Shown here piece after piece: positions 40,070 through 53,142 of a stretch of DNA of 64,000 nt. The stretch lies in contig OZ024746.1 in assembly GCA_964016885.1 (NCBI GenBank), positions 10,416,001-10,480,000 on the forward strand, given 5' to 3'. The stretch comes from Eledone cirrhosa. Lineage: Eukaryota. The notes below the pieces were generated by a model that was not told where the DNA came from, made no database searches, and saw nothing but the letters and a program-made list of their open reading frames with translations. The translations under genes were made by a program, and so were the position numbers. How positions within the stretch are numbered: the stretch's first letter is position 1; each line of letters opens with the position of its first letter.

Positions 40070-40840
40070 TAAAAAGGTGCGGGACAACCAAAGTTGATGG
40101 AAGCTATGGAGTAGGAAAACCTGGGATGAGGTGATAAAAGCTGACCTTGCACAATTGCACTTCTCAAAGGTGATGACACAGGACCGAGATCTTTGGCGTT
40201 GTGTAGTAATACAGAAGACCTGCTTTCCCATGTGCACGGGTTGAAGCATACATCTAATATGTACCTCTTAACCATTATCGTCCTTTTCCTTCCATACATC
40301 TCCCATGCCTTAACTCTTTAGCATTTACATTACTCTATATTTACTATTGTATTTTCACAGTAAAGGCTTTATCTCACATAATTATCCCACATAATATTGA
40401 ATCTATGAGATTTTGATATTATTTATTTTGAGATCAATGCTTTAACATCAGTATAAGCAGCTGGTTACAGCTGGTTTGAACAGAAAGAGGTGAAATAATT
40501 CTGGCCGGTTTAAATGCTAAAGGGTTAACACTCCACCCATATCCTAATCACCCCACCCTTCTCTCACATCTTTACTCCCAGTCTCCAGTCCGCAGTGTAA
40601 AGTGGTCATTTTGGTGCCACGACAAAAATGCCCAGTCCATTCTGTAAAATGGTCTTGTAGGTGTCATGACAAAAATCACCCATTCTACACTGTAAATGTG
40701 GTTGGCGTTAGGAAAGGCATCCAGCTGTAGAAACCATGCCAGTTCTGTATGAGCAAGACAGTCACCTAACCTAACTTGCCTCAAATGGTACAACCTGTCT
40801 AACCCATGCTAGCATGGAAGATAGATGTTAAACAATGATG
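40070..40840 (+). mobile_element. Older RTE 3' fragment interrupted by MITE A (40310-40528)
   Basis: Similar to the RTE C-terminus and 3' UTR, ending CCATGCTAGCATGGAAG...GATGATG. Confidence 0.75.
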
Positions 40841-41387
40841 GTTGTTAGTTTGTTTCAAGCCTTGCAGTCATTCTCTTAACATTTCACTGTCCCCATTAAT
40901 GATATAATATTTAACAGAAGAAGTAGGAGACCTCCCTCTGAAAGTTTAAAATAAAACAGAATCAACCAGCCAGTAAATGCCTCCAATGAACTTGTGGACT
41001 GGTTTCTGATCTTCACTCTTTTTTTACAATTCCCATTTCTTCTCAAATTCTTCAGTAATTTTTCTATTCTGGCTTTCTTTTTCACCTTGGGATTCTCCAG
41101 CATCACATTGATGTTTCATTTAATATATACTACAGAAAGGAAAGAAAAGGAGACAATCATTAAATCAGACCAAGGAAACAATGTTTCCATTGTCTTTTGA
41201 TTTTGAGTACAACATCCTACCGAGAGGGTCACATACTTTCATGAGAGGAAAATAACAAATATTCAATTTATTATTGAATTAAAAATCAATCTGTTATAAT
41301 TAAGTGAAAAATATAAATGATTTATTTCTTTATCTAGATTTTAATTGAAAACAAATGTGATTGGCCACGCATTTTATTACACACGCA

Positions 41388-41446
<59 letters not shown>

Positions 41447-41810
41447 CATCTTACGTCCACTTTTCCCTGCTTGCAAGGGTGGGACGGGAACTGATTCTGG
41501 CTATATATACACACACACACACACACACATATATAGATTGATGTTGACAGATGTTATTTGTTAGAAACAATTATTAAGGTTAGTAATAATTATGGTTTTA
41601 TTTATTTAAATATATCTGTTACTCAGATGTCAGATAAGTCAAAGAAGTGTATGTTATGAAGAATAGAGAAAATAGTTATTGTGTAAACACGCCCATCCAT
41701 GTGACCCAGCAGCAAGTGACTTTTCTCACCTTCTAATGTCATCATCCTCACCATCATCACCATTATTTTTCTATGCTTGCATGGTTTTCTGGTACAGCAT
41801 ATCATCATAA

Positions 41811-42687
41811 TCTATAAAGCTCAGTGTGTGGTCATGCTCCTTCGTTATAGAAATCTACGATATAGAATTTCTTCAATTGAAATTTACAATTCAGTATTCG
41901 AAATAGTTTCGCAGATCATTTTTTCAATTTCACCCACAATTACGCAAAAAATAGATAAAACTCAATATTTTACGATTTTTCTCTCTCATTTAAACTGCTG
42001 AACTCTTTCTACTACCATTCAAAATCTATACACCTTCATACTTTCTGCTACTTTCTCTTTCCAAGCTTTATGGTGATACTGTCCGTTCACACCACTCCCT
42101 ACTGCCTTAAATTTAGAAAACACATATCCTCTATGAGGTTACTAAACCTGCTAGAAACAGCAGCTAACTCTCCCCCATATCACACTCCTCCCTACTGTCT
42201 TAAATTTAGAAAACATATCTTCTATGAGGTCACTAAATCTGCTAGAAACAGCAGCTAACTCTCCCCCATATCACACCACTCCCTACTGTCTTAAATTTAG
42301 AAAACACATATCCTCTATGAGGTCACTAAACCTGCTAGAAACAACAGCTAACTCTCCCTCATATCACAACCCTCCCTACTGTCTTAAATTTAGAAAACAC
42401 ACAGACAACCATGCAGAACAACTCCATCGCCGCTCTGTTGTTCGGCTGGCATCGTCTACGCGCGTGTTGCGCAAGTACTGTGAAACAATAAATTTCAACA
42501 CTCTTTTGCACAGAGATAATATCCATAGGCGAAACTACAATTGTCACTGCTGGCGCAGCTCATGCTTCCAGGTCTGCAATTCATTCACCCAGTGCCTGGC
42601 AGACAAAAAAGTGCTGCCATAAAATGGGTGGTGCAAGCTAACTTTGGTAACTTAATGACCCCGAGCAACGCCGGGCTTTAATGCTAG
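41811..42687 (+). mobile_element. Non-autonomous Helitron with internal ~92-bp tandem repeats
   Basis: A|TCTATAAAG 5' end; GC hairpin CCCGAGCAACGCCGGG (42660-42675) a few nt upstream of CTAG|T; repeats start near 42088, 42181, 42272 and 42365. Confidence 0.8.
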
Positions 42688-43255
42688 TATATATATATAT
42701 ATATATATCAACTGTTATAAATGAGTATTTTCTTTTAATAAATGTATTAATGTAAACAGCATTAGATTTCTGCCTCCTTTCAATACACCTTAATTGCTTT
42801 AGATGTAAATACTAATTATTATAAATTATGATGGAAAGTTTTTAGATAAATATAAGCACTTTAAAATAAGCATCATTGTTTTATAAATCCAAAGGTAATT
42901 TCAGGTGCTTTTGTTTGAAAAGGATTAAAATACCGGTTGTGTGTGTGTGCATGTGTCTATAAGTTAACAACCCATTTATAGTTAACAACCCAACCCACGC
43001 TGGTGAAGATGAAAGCTGATTTTAAGTGTAAGTCAATCTGGTTATACTTCAATAATTCATGTTAGATATTGGGGCAGTTTCTGACATCTATGTTTGTTAT
43101 ATTTAGTTAATATTTTTCACTTTACTATTTTACATCCATTTTCCCATACTGGAACAATTGTTTCTATCACTGGAGGACTTGTGGTTAGATCATTGGACTC
43201 ACAATTATAAGATCATGAACTCATACTTATCATGATTGGACTGGAGCCCCTATTG

Positions 43256-43491
43256 TTAACCCTTTTGTTAACATTTCTAATGAAAAACACTGCTTATAAT
43301 TTAAAAAAATAAATCATCAATTTAGAGTGATTTAGTAATATTAAGCTGGAATTTGGAGCATAAGTTAAGAAAGGTGTCTTGCATAAAATTATGATGGAAG
43401 GTTTTTAAATAAATATAAACACATTAAAACAAACAGCTCTGTATCTTAGAACCAGGGGCAGTTTCAAGTGGTTTGGTATCAAAACAGTTAA
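43256..43491. mobile_element. piggyBac-like MITE family B inserted in a SINE
   Basis: TTAA|CCCTTTTGTTAAC ... GGTATCAAAACAG|TTAA. Relatives at ~745-1000, ~30450-30745, ~32760-33203 and ~60606-61166. Confidence 0.8.
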
Positions 43492-44609
43492 AACACCTGA
43501 GAAACATTTTATGAGATGTAACCTCGTTTGAGGCCAGCTAAACATGTGTAGGTGTGAGCTGTAAAATTTCATGTTGGAACAATTGTTTCTATAGCTGGAT
43601 GGTTTTCCTTCCGCCATTCAACTGTAAAGTAGGAGTGGATCCAGTACTGTTAGCTTAGTTGGTTCCTGAGTAAACTACAAAGACATTTGATCTTAGAAAC
43701 ACTTGTTAAATAGTTCAGTATTTTAACCTCATAACAATTGCACCTATAGTTAAGGCTTACAATATCTGTTCTTAAAGCTGGAAGGAAATGAAAAGTATTT
43801 AACAATGACTAGTATAAAATGTTTTGAATATTTATTCAGACAGGAAATACAGAGTACATGTGTATGATTACATGGGTTGGACACAGTTTTGGAGGTTTTT
43901 GTTTGTATGGCCAGATACTCCTATTGATACCAACCTGTGTATTTTATTATTTCAATCATGGTATATACCACTGACATTCATTGAACCCTACTACCAAAAA
44001 TTTGAATCCATACCAAAAAATAAACTTGCTTGGCTATGCCATTTCTTTTTAATCTCTTTACCAACTACCATCATATAGCTGTCTCAATTTTGTTTCTATG
44101 TAATTTTCTATCCATCACTCCTCATGTAGCTGTCTTCCATTACTCTCTCTTCTTTCACTCCCCTGATGCTGTCATCACTTTCTTTTTCTTCCACTCAGTT
44201 GTGTGGGAAAGAAAGGAATAAGCAAACAGAGAAACCACAAAGAAGGGAAGATTCTTCATCTTCAGCCTTGTCAGGGGCAAGACTGAAGTTTGTGAATGAA
44301 TGCAGTTAGCATAAGGTAGAGACTGGCCGTACCCAGCCAGAATTCTTTCACCTCTTTCTGTTCAAACTGGCTATAACTGGCCACTCATACTGATGTTAAG
44401 GTATTGTTCTCAAAATAAATAATATCAAAATCTCATAGATTCGATATTATGTGAGGTAAAGCCTTTACCATGAAAATATAATTGTATATATAGAGTAATG
44501 TAGATGCTAAAGTGTTAAGTCTTGCCAAAGACAAGATAACTTCTCTAATGCTGATGCCATAATAAAAGCAGATGCAAAATAATGGTTTCTTTATTGGCCA
44601 CAAAATAAT

Positions 44610-44795
44610 TGTTTCTACTTTAGGCACAAGGCCAGCAATTACCCAGTGCATTACTGGTACTTTATTTTATCGACCCCGTAAGGATGAAAGGCAAAGTTAA
44701 CCTCGGCGGGATTTGAACTCAGATCATAAAGGGAGGTAACTCTATGCTTCAAAGTATGGCGCCCGACCCTCTACCAATACTGCCAATCCACCGCC
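44610..44795 (-). mobile_element. Young tRNA SINE
   Basis: Nearly identical to the reverse complement of 5990-6176; TSD (GCC)ACAAAATAAT. Confidence 0.88.
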
Positions 44796-45373
44796 ACAAA
44801 ATAATGATATAGGTACATATTTGTGTATACAAACAAAACAATGAAAGTAGTCAATACAAAAGTAGAGTGGTATATTATTATTTATTACAGCTTCACAAGC
44901 TGCATTAAATATTTAAAATGTGACATTTTTCCAGCTACAAACAAATGCACTTATGAAATTTAATGATTAGCTTTCTTTTCAGAATATGAATTTTCCCAAA
45001 TTATAAATTTTAGATTACTAATTAAATTTTTCATGTTTTTTTTTTCTTTTATATTTGTATTTTTTAAAAATCTGCATACGTGGAGGTATGTAGTCTAGTG
45101 GTTAGGGTATTGAACTGAAGATCATGTGGTCATGGGTTCGATTCTTGGACCAGGCGGTGTGATATGTTGCTTTTCATGATAGGATTAGAGCCTTTATCAT
45201 TAAAACACTCAAGAAACCTCCTATGAAATACAGCCTCATATGAGGCCAACTAAGCATGTACAGTTATGAGCTGTAAATTTCATTTCATTCTTTTCATACT
45301 TGCATTGAAATGTTTTTATATATTTAAAGAATGTATTGAATGTAAATTAAACTCTACAATATTTTATCATTAG

Positions 45374-45523
45374 GTTAACAAAAGTTGATGGGAGTGACCT
45401 TGAGTCACAGAAAATTTGGAGGTTATTGAGATCTTTCCGATGGCTGGATCTGAGTCTATTTTTCCAACTGAAAATTTTGAAGCTTGCCAACAAAGCTGGA
45501 ACATTAATCAAACAGTTGATACT
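45374..45523 (+). CDS. Candidate exon of the host gene; possible first coding exon with ATG at 45440 (MAGSESIFPTENFEACQQSWNINQTVDT)
   Basis: ATTTTATCATTAG| acceptor and |GTAAGT donor; the phase-0 end joins the 48311 exon in frame. Confidence 0.55.
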
Positions 45524-45577
45524 GTAAGTTATTTGGATTATTTTGTACATGTATACAATTCATTTGACAATACTTTG

Positions 45578-46178
45578 TTAACCCTTTTGATACCAAATCA
45601 CCTGAAACCAACCATGGTTCTATGATACTAAGTTCTTCTTTGCATACTTATTCCTGAGAAGGTCGTGGAGGCAGAGTCCTCAAACACTCCTTCCAGCAGG
45701 TACTGTCAGAAGTAACCATCTCCAACTGATCTGGCTGGATCCCCAAGTGAGACCAGCCAAGCTCATGGATGTTATCCAACCACCTTCCTCGGTGTCTCCC
45801 CCTGGGTCTCCTGCCGGTTAGTTTTGCCCATAAAATCTGTTCAGTGATTCTTTCCTGAGACAATCTAATTCACATGTCCATATTATCGGAGCTGTGATCT
45901 CTCAATTAGTGGCTTTACCTGGAGTGACTATTTTGATCTCCGATCTACACACTCTATCGAGTAACATTACTAAGTTGTTTATTTTTAAATATTTATATTT
46001 ATTTAAAAAACCCTCCATCATAATTTTTTGCAAGAACCTTTTCATATACCAAACACCAGCTCAATAATAAGAAAGTTAATTACATTACTAAATCCTTTGA
46101 ATTTCTTGATTATTTTCAAAATGATTTAAAAATCATAAGCAGTGTATTTCATTAGATATATAGTAACAAAAGGGTTAA
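45578..46178. mobile_element. MITE family B carrying an RTE-2 3' fragment (45646-45960, minus strand)
   Basis: TTAA|CCCTTTTGATACC ... ACAAAAGGG|TTAA; peptide GRRPRGRHRGRWLDNIHELGW...RPSQE*. Confidence 0.8.
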
Positions 46179-46376
46179 TATATGTATCTGGTTTCAAGAT
46201 GAAGCAAATTCTCATTTTCTTACTCTACACTAATGTTCTTCATAGTCATAAACATAATTTCATTACCAATTTGTATAAATTTGTGTGACCTTGTGTTCAA
46301 GTAAGAAATTACCAATAATATAAAGAATTTATAGAAATTCTAATTATGCTATTCAGTGTAATTCAATAAAGATAAA

Positions 46377-46783
46377 TGAGACATAGGCAGCAACTGCAGA
46401 GGATATGTGATGGCTGGAGAGAAATGAAGCAAGTATGCTCCGTTGGATGTGCAATGTCAATGTGCGTGAACGACCAAGCATAGACGAGTTGAGAAAGAAA
46501 CTGGGTATAAGAGGGATAAGTTGTGGTGTGCAGGAGAGAAGGCTGAGATGGTATGGACATGTGATGCTAGATAAAGAAGTGCCAAGAAATCCCAGTAGAA
46601 GGAAGACGCAGTAGAAGTAGACCACGAAAAACATGGTGGGGAGATGGTGAGAGCAGACCTCAGATCTCTGAAACTCACAGAGGAGATGACGAAGGACTGT
46701 GACAAGTGGAGAGATGCTGTGCTGAATAGGACCCGTCCAACCCTTGCAAGCAGGGAAAAGCGGACGTAAAATGATGATGATGA
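46377..46783 (+). mobile_element. RTE 3' fragment of another subfamily with (GAT)n tail
   Basis: Degenerate LERNEASMLRWMCNV...RRLRWYGHV; ends GCGGACGTAAAATGATGATGATG. Confidence 0.85.
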
Positions 46784-48090
46784 AGTTAGAGCAGAGAGTT
46801 TATCTATTTCTACTTTAACCTCTTTGATACTAACTCTCCCAAAACCACTTCTGGTTCTATGAAACGAAGTCACCTATTTAAACCGGCCATATCCTCTTTC
46901 TGTTCAAACCAGCCATAACCAGCTGCTCATACTTAGGTTAAGGTATTGTTCTCAAAATAAATAACATCAAATCTCATAAATTTGATATTATGTGAAATAA
47001 AGTGTTTACCATGAAAATGCAATAGTAAATATAGAGTAATGTGAATGCTAAAGGGTTAAATTTATAATTGATAATTTATATAGACAAACAATAACATTTG
47101 TTATCTTAATGAAATAATTAATAATTTTAATAAACCCCTCCAAATTATTAATTAATTGAAATACCATGCCTTTCATTAGAAATCTAGTCACAGTTACAAA
47201 AGGGCTAAAATGTTCTAGATAAAATTATGACACATTAAGAGAATGTATTTCATATCATTGCTGTCAACAGATAAAAAAGTGTAGAAGCTTTCTATATCTA
47301 TATAGGCTTTCATTGAGGTTGTGGTGGTGGGGATTGTTCCAGGAGAACTTTCTGGGTGCTTGGTACAGGTACTGTGGGGTCTCAATATGTTGTGTGGTAA
47401 TGTTAAAGGCTTTTATTGATTGGGATTGTTCAGGCAATTAGTGGATAGAATCTCACTGGGTGCATTTTACTGTTAGACCAGCTAGAAGCTGTCTTGTCCT
47501 GACATGGCAAAATAAGCCTGTTCTTTCAAGGTAAAATGCTTAAGAGAGTAGTTTAAAGGAGTGTGGTGGCTAAGAAGCTGAATAAGGAGAGAATGTGAGG
47601 GGGAAAGGTATAGAATGGTAGGAGAGTGAGAGAGACAATGATAGATACATGTTTGTGGAAGGGATGTTGAGCTTTATTGTAAGAGAACTAATGGTAAATA
47701 ACAAATGAGAAATGTAATGGTGAGAGTTATGGGTGACAGCTAAGAGTCTCATGGAGGTGGGTTTATCAGTATATAAATCATTTTCTGCTTTAATCAGTTG
47801 TTTGTTTATTTATATTTTTTTTGGTTGGTGAAGTTGGCTTAGTGGTTAAGGTGCTGGGCTTGTGTTCCTGAAGTCGTGAGTTTGATTCCTGGACTGTGCA
47901 GCACATTGTGTCCTTGAGCAAAACACATAATTTTACATTGTTTCAATCCACATAGAAGGAAACAATTATGTTTGTGCCAAGATTTATCAGCCTTTGTCTT
48001 TCCATTGGATATCATCAGTGTCATGGAGAGAAGGGACTGGTATACATGGTCTTCTACAAAACATGCTGTCCTGACTTGTGCTTTACAGAG

Positions 48091-48190
48091 ACAAACTCAT
48101 GGTCAGTAAGTCATGTGTGAAAATCCCATGGCCAGTAGGTCGTGTGTGACAAACCCATGGTCAGTAGGTCATGTGTGACAAACCCATAGC
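48091..48190. repeat. 29-bp tandem repeat, ~3.4 copies, at a SINE 3' end
   Basis: ACAAACCCATGGTCAGTAGGTCATGTGTG units. Confidence 0.8.
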
Positions 48191-48310
48191 CAATCATGAC
48201 TGAAGCGGTGCCCTTCCTTTTTTGTTTTTTGCATAATAATGTATTTTTTTATTTTTCTGCAAGCAAAATATTTTATTTGATTTAGAATTTGTGTATTGTT
48301 TTCTTTTCAG

Positions 48311-48347
48311 GATCCTTTGTACTTACAACTAGAAAAGTTAAACAAAA
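48311..48347 (+). CDS. Candidate 37-nt exon (DPLYLQLEKLNK)
   Basis: TTCTTTTCAG| and |GTAAGT; phase 0 to 1. Confidence 0.65.
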
Positions 48348-49837
48348 GTAAGTAGTTTTTAAAACAAATATTCAAATGAAGTTCCTTATTTAATAACAAA
48401 ACTTAACTCTTAACATCCTGTAATGATTTAGCAGAAAATATCTAAAAAATAAATTTGTTAATTCTGTTTGTCATTTGTGGATAGATTGTTGTGAACATTT
48501 GCAATATTAGAGTAAACATTTAAATGTTTAATGTAATGCAGTTGTGGTGCTGCTTATACTTTTCAAAAATGTCTTGCTAATGCAGTTTCATGTGGTACAG
48601 GACATTGAGAGTTAATCTATCAGTTTTGATATTTCAAAAATTTGCAAAGATTTTCATACATATTTGTTATATATTAATGTGACCTCAGTGAAGGAATGAT
48701 ATAATGGTCGTTGTTAAGCAGCCATAACTCTACTTGGATAGATTTAGGGCATGGAGGTGAGTTGATTTAACATTTGGGATCAACCCTTGTCTTCAGTGCA
48801 GTGGATGTGTCACACTTTGGTCTAGTCTGGGTCTCTGTTGTACACTGTAGAGGACTGGCAGTTGTTAGAGCTTTGGATAAAATACCTTGTAGTCTTTGTA
48901 ATTTGAGCTCTGAGTTCAAATTCCTCCAAGGTCAACTTTGCCTTTCATCCTTTTGGAGTTTATAGTCAATGAATATGGTAACTTTTTTTTTATGCTCAAC
49001 AATTAGACAGAAAATAGAAGCATGTACAAATACATGTGGTGTTTCAGTGTATTGGATTACTATTGCTGTTCTTAAGTCTTGAGTATACCCTGATTGAACT
49101 GATCTTTGATCAAAGTCATTCCAGCTGTGAATGCCTATTCTTATTTTTAGACATTGGATATCTAATCTACAACCTCATAATCCAATCTGATGTAGATTGT
49201 GATTTGAGGGAAATTTGGCTGTTATTTTTAGTGGTTCAAACAATCACTCTAGGCCCCCCCCCCCTTCTTTCACATGTTCATGTGTTATATGCCTACGTGC
49301 TAGTGAGTTATTAAGCATAAAGTTGTTGGATAGGTTGAAGCAGACTATAGACCTAAAATTGCATTGGTCACATGCTCACATAGTTTTTAGACTTATATAT
49401 TTTGGTATCACTGTACTGTGTACGTGTGAATGTAACTTGATGTAATAGGAAAAGCATTGTTTTAAGCATTTAGTAAGTTTGTAACAGAAAGAATGAAGGA
49501 CATTCAGGATTAGCATAGTTCATTATAAATATGATGTAATACATCATTATCCTTGCTATGTGCCTCAAATGTTTGTCTTTTGTTTGTATGGGTTTGTAAT
49601 GTGTTTTTCTCTTGTTTGTATAGTAGGAAATTTGTTTATGTGACTTTTTATCTTTTTCTGTGGAACTAGAATATCAACTGTTGTTGAGCCCCAAGTCTGG
49701 CTTTATTGAGCAAACCTATGGTCAAAGGCATTCCAGATGTGACCATCCCATCTCTTTTTTATGCTTAGGGTATTTAGGACTACATTTAAATGCTTCTCTT
49801 AGCATCTTGAGTGACCATAGATATATATTGGCATACC

Positions 49838-49955
49838 AGCCACCCAACCATCCATCCAACAACCCGACCGTACATTCACCCGACCATCCATCCAACCAGC
49901 CAACTAACCAACCAACCAACCAACCATTCAGCCTGGCTGGCTGGATGGTTGGATT
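49838..49955. repeat. (AACC/ATCC)n tetranucleotide repeat followed by a short inverted copy
   Basis: CCAACCAACC... then GGCTGGCTGGATGGTTGG. Confidence 0.75.
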
Positions 49956-50464
49956 CTAGTTGATTTTGTTGTTTAGCACTAGGTCAACCTCAATTGACTT
50001 CTGATCAAAGACAGTCACCATCCTATCTTTGTAGTGGTTTGTTGCACTACATAACCTTGTGTATAATTTCCATATTTAACTTTTTATGTCCTCTATCATT
50101 AGCAAGACATACTTGAAAAGTTTAAAAAAACTGTATCACATGAAAAATTAAAGTAAAAATTTGTTTACAACGATTTGTCCACTAATAAATATACTATAAA
50201 CATTTGAATTTACAATCCCATTTTAAAATGTTCTGCTAAATCATTACCGTATGTTAAGAGTTAAGGAAGTAAGCAGCATGTAGCCTGATGCTTGCTATCT
50301 CATCTTAAAGGTAGAAGTGTAACAAAATAGGGGATAAAACATCTCTGTAGGACTATAGTTTGGAAACCATAAATGTTGAACATTCCTGGTTATGTAGGTC
50401 TGGAAATTTAGGAAGCAGTCGAATCAACATTTTTTTCTTTTATCCATCTGTCAATAATAATAAT

Positions 50465-50672
50465 GGTTTCTTATATAGGCACAAGGCCAACAATTTGAAA
50501 GGGAGGGGAAAGTCGGTTAAATTGACCCCAGTGCATTACTGGTGCTTTATTTTATCGTCCCTGTAAGGCAAAGTTAACCTTGGTGGCATTTGAACTCAGA
50601 ACGTAAAGGGCTGTAACTCTATGCTGCAAATCATGGTATCCAATGCTCTACCAATTCTACCAATCCACTGCC
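50465..50672 (-). mobile_element. tRNA-derived SINE
   Basis: Same family; flanked by CTGTCAATAATAATAAT direct repeats. Confidence 0.8.
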
Positions 50673-52739
50673 CTGTCAATAATAATAATAATAATGGTTT
50701 CTAAGCCAGCAATTTTGGGAAGGAGGGGAAAGTCAATTATATTGACCCCAGTGTGTGACTGGTACTTTATTTCATCGACACTGATGATGATGATGATATA
50801 TGTGTGTGTGTATATATATATATTATGAAGAGTCATGGCCTGACGGTTGAGCTCTTGCTGATTCAACAGCTTGGTCTAACTAGTTTTAAACTGGTTCCAC
50901 CCGTATCATCATTTTCCGTCCACTTTTCCCTGCTTGCAAGGGTAGGACAGGAACTGATTCTGGCTTGATTTCTACAGCTGGATGCCCTTTCTAACACCAA
51001 CCTCATTTACAGTGAGTGCTGGGTGCTTTTTTTCTGTGGCGCCTATATGACCACTTTGCAGTGGAATGATAGGGACCCCAGTCCCTATCATCTCATTTCT
51101 ACAGCTGAGTAAACTGGAGCAATGTGAAATAAAGTGTCTTGCTCAAGGAAACAACACATCACCCGGTCTGAGAATTGAACTCACAACCTTTCGATTGCAA
51201 GGCCAATGCTCTAACCACTAAGCCATGCGCCTCCATATATATATATATATATATATAAAAGCACAAGGAAGATGTGGAATAAGATAGGGTTGAAAGAAGA
51301 CAACAAAGATACTAAAGGAAACTAAGAATAAAGATATATTGATATAACGTGAGTTAACATTGAAATATATATAAATAATAGTGGTAGTGTCTTAATAAAA
51401 TTATTTGTATCTAATACCTTTTCTTAGTTTCCAAGATATCTCCACTTTGTTTTAAAGAAATATAATTATACTTGTTATTTATCCCATTTATCGCTTTATC
51501 ATCACTTTTTAAAAAAAGTTTTAAATAGGTCTGTTGAAAGATTTATTTATGTGTGTAGTAGGAAGCTTAAACTGTTTCTCTTTTTCTACATACCAATCTT
51601 AAGATAGAAGTTGAGTCATTAACAAAGTCTGACTAATGTCATCTTTTTATATGCTCTGTTTCAGCCTTTAACTCATTGGCATTAGACATGATATACTCAG
51701 ATAAACTTGAGGAATAGGTGTTTAACCTGCTTGTTTCTACTTTAATGTGAAACATCTTCCTAGTCTTTGTCTGTACCTGAGAATCAGAATATTTTTGTTG
51801 TATTTCAAGTTACAGAATGAAAACAAGTTTCAGCAGATTCAGTCGATGATTTGTACGATACCTAAGGTTCTTATTTAATTGATCTGGATTATAGATCTTA
51901 TAAAGGTGATCTTTAATCTTTGAAAAGTTTTTTGTATCAAAGTATTAACCTAAATCTTAGATGTTGTCAGTGAAGTGTATTTTTATTTATAAGAAAACTT
52001 AGTTGGAATTAGATTAGTTTTATATGTCTGATAAGATCAGAAGTTGTTAGTCTTGTTAGAAGTGATGGCGGACACATTATTTTTAAAATATATAAATAAA
52101 TCAGCTACTGAAAGATTTGTTTAAGGTAGTTTGATAACAAAAGAGTTAAACTTATTATAGAGGTGTATAGCATATACAGTATGTTTATGTTATGTATAAT
52201 AAACATATATGAGTCTTGCTATGGATGTTTTAAGCTGTGATCATGTCACAGCTACCTCTGTATCTGTATATAATTTATATAACTTGTTAGATTTCTAAGT
52301 TTAAAAGAGAGGAAAGTAAATTGAATAAAATGACATCTGCTTACAGTGGAGAAATAGTAAGATGTAATTATTGTTTCTTGCAAAATGTCTAAAGTTATTT
52401 GAATAGGTTTATTTCAGAACATGTTTCTGAAATAATGTGGTGCAGGCATAGCTGTGTAGTTAAAGGGTTTGTTTTGCAGCTGTGTGACCTTGAGTCTCAT
52501 TGCAAGGCATCTTGGGCAAGTGTTTTTTACTATAACTTCAGGTTGAGAGTGAAATTTGATAGATGGAAACTGCAGAAGTCCACTATACACACGTATGTGT
52601 ATACTGAAACATATATATATATATATATAGTAATAATAATAAAATTGAAGATTAAAATCCAAAGGCAGCTCGATAAGGATAAATATATATCAAATATATA
52701 AGAACCGTAGACTAAATGTGTGTATATATATATATATCT

Positions 52740-53142
52740 CATCATCATCATCATCGTTTAACGTCTATCTTCCATGCTAGCATGGGTTAGACGGGAGTTG
52801 TCCCAATTTGAGGCAAGGTTGGTCGGGTGACCGTGTCTCGCTCATCTGGCAGGTTTTCTATGGCTGGATGTCCTTCCTAACACCAACCACATTTACAGTG
52901 TGGACTGGGAACTTTTTACCGTGTTACCTACATGGCCACATTACAGTGTGGACTGTGTTTTTTGTCGTGACACCTAGACGATCTCGATCTCATTATCTCA
53001 TTAATTTGGACTGGATGTTGTGGTACCAACTTTACAGAGAAAGGGTGGTGTTGGTGGGAGTGGGAGGGTTGAGTAGGAGTAGTGGTGTGGGGGTGTATAT
53101 TTGGTTAAGAGGTGCCTATTGACTGTAGGTTTCGCTTTGTAC
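52740..53142 (-). mobile_element. RTE 3' UTR copy
   Basis: (CAT)n tail and colinear similarity to 33529-33910; sits next to a (TA)n run. Confidence 0.85.

Noticed and set aside
50826-50860. ATGAAGA-GTCA..TGAC hammerhead-like start beside a TA run
   Set aside because: No GAAA box and no stem I.
51809-51866. Candidate exon LQNENKFQQIQSMICTIPK
   Set aside because: Weak donor and a phase incompatible with the 59063 exon.
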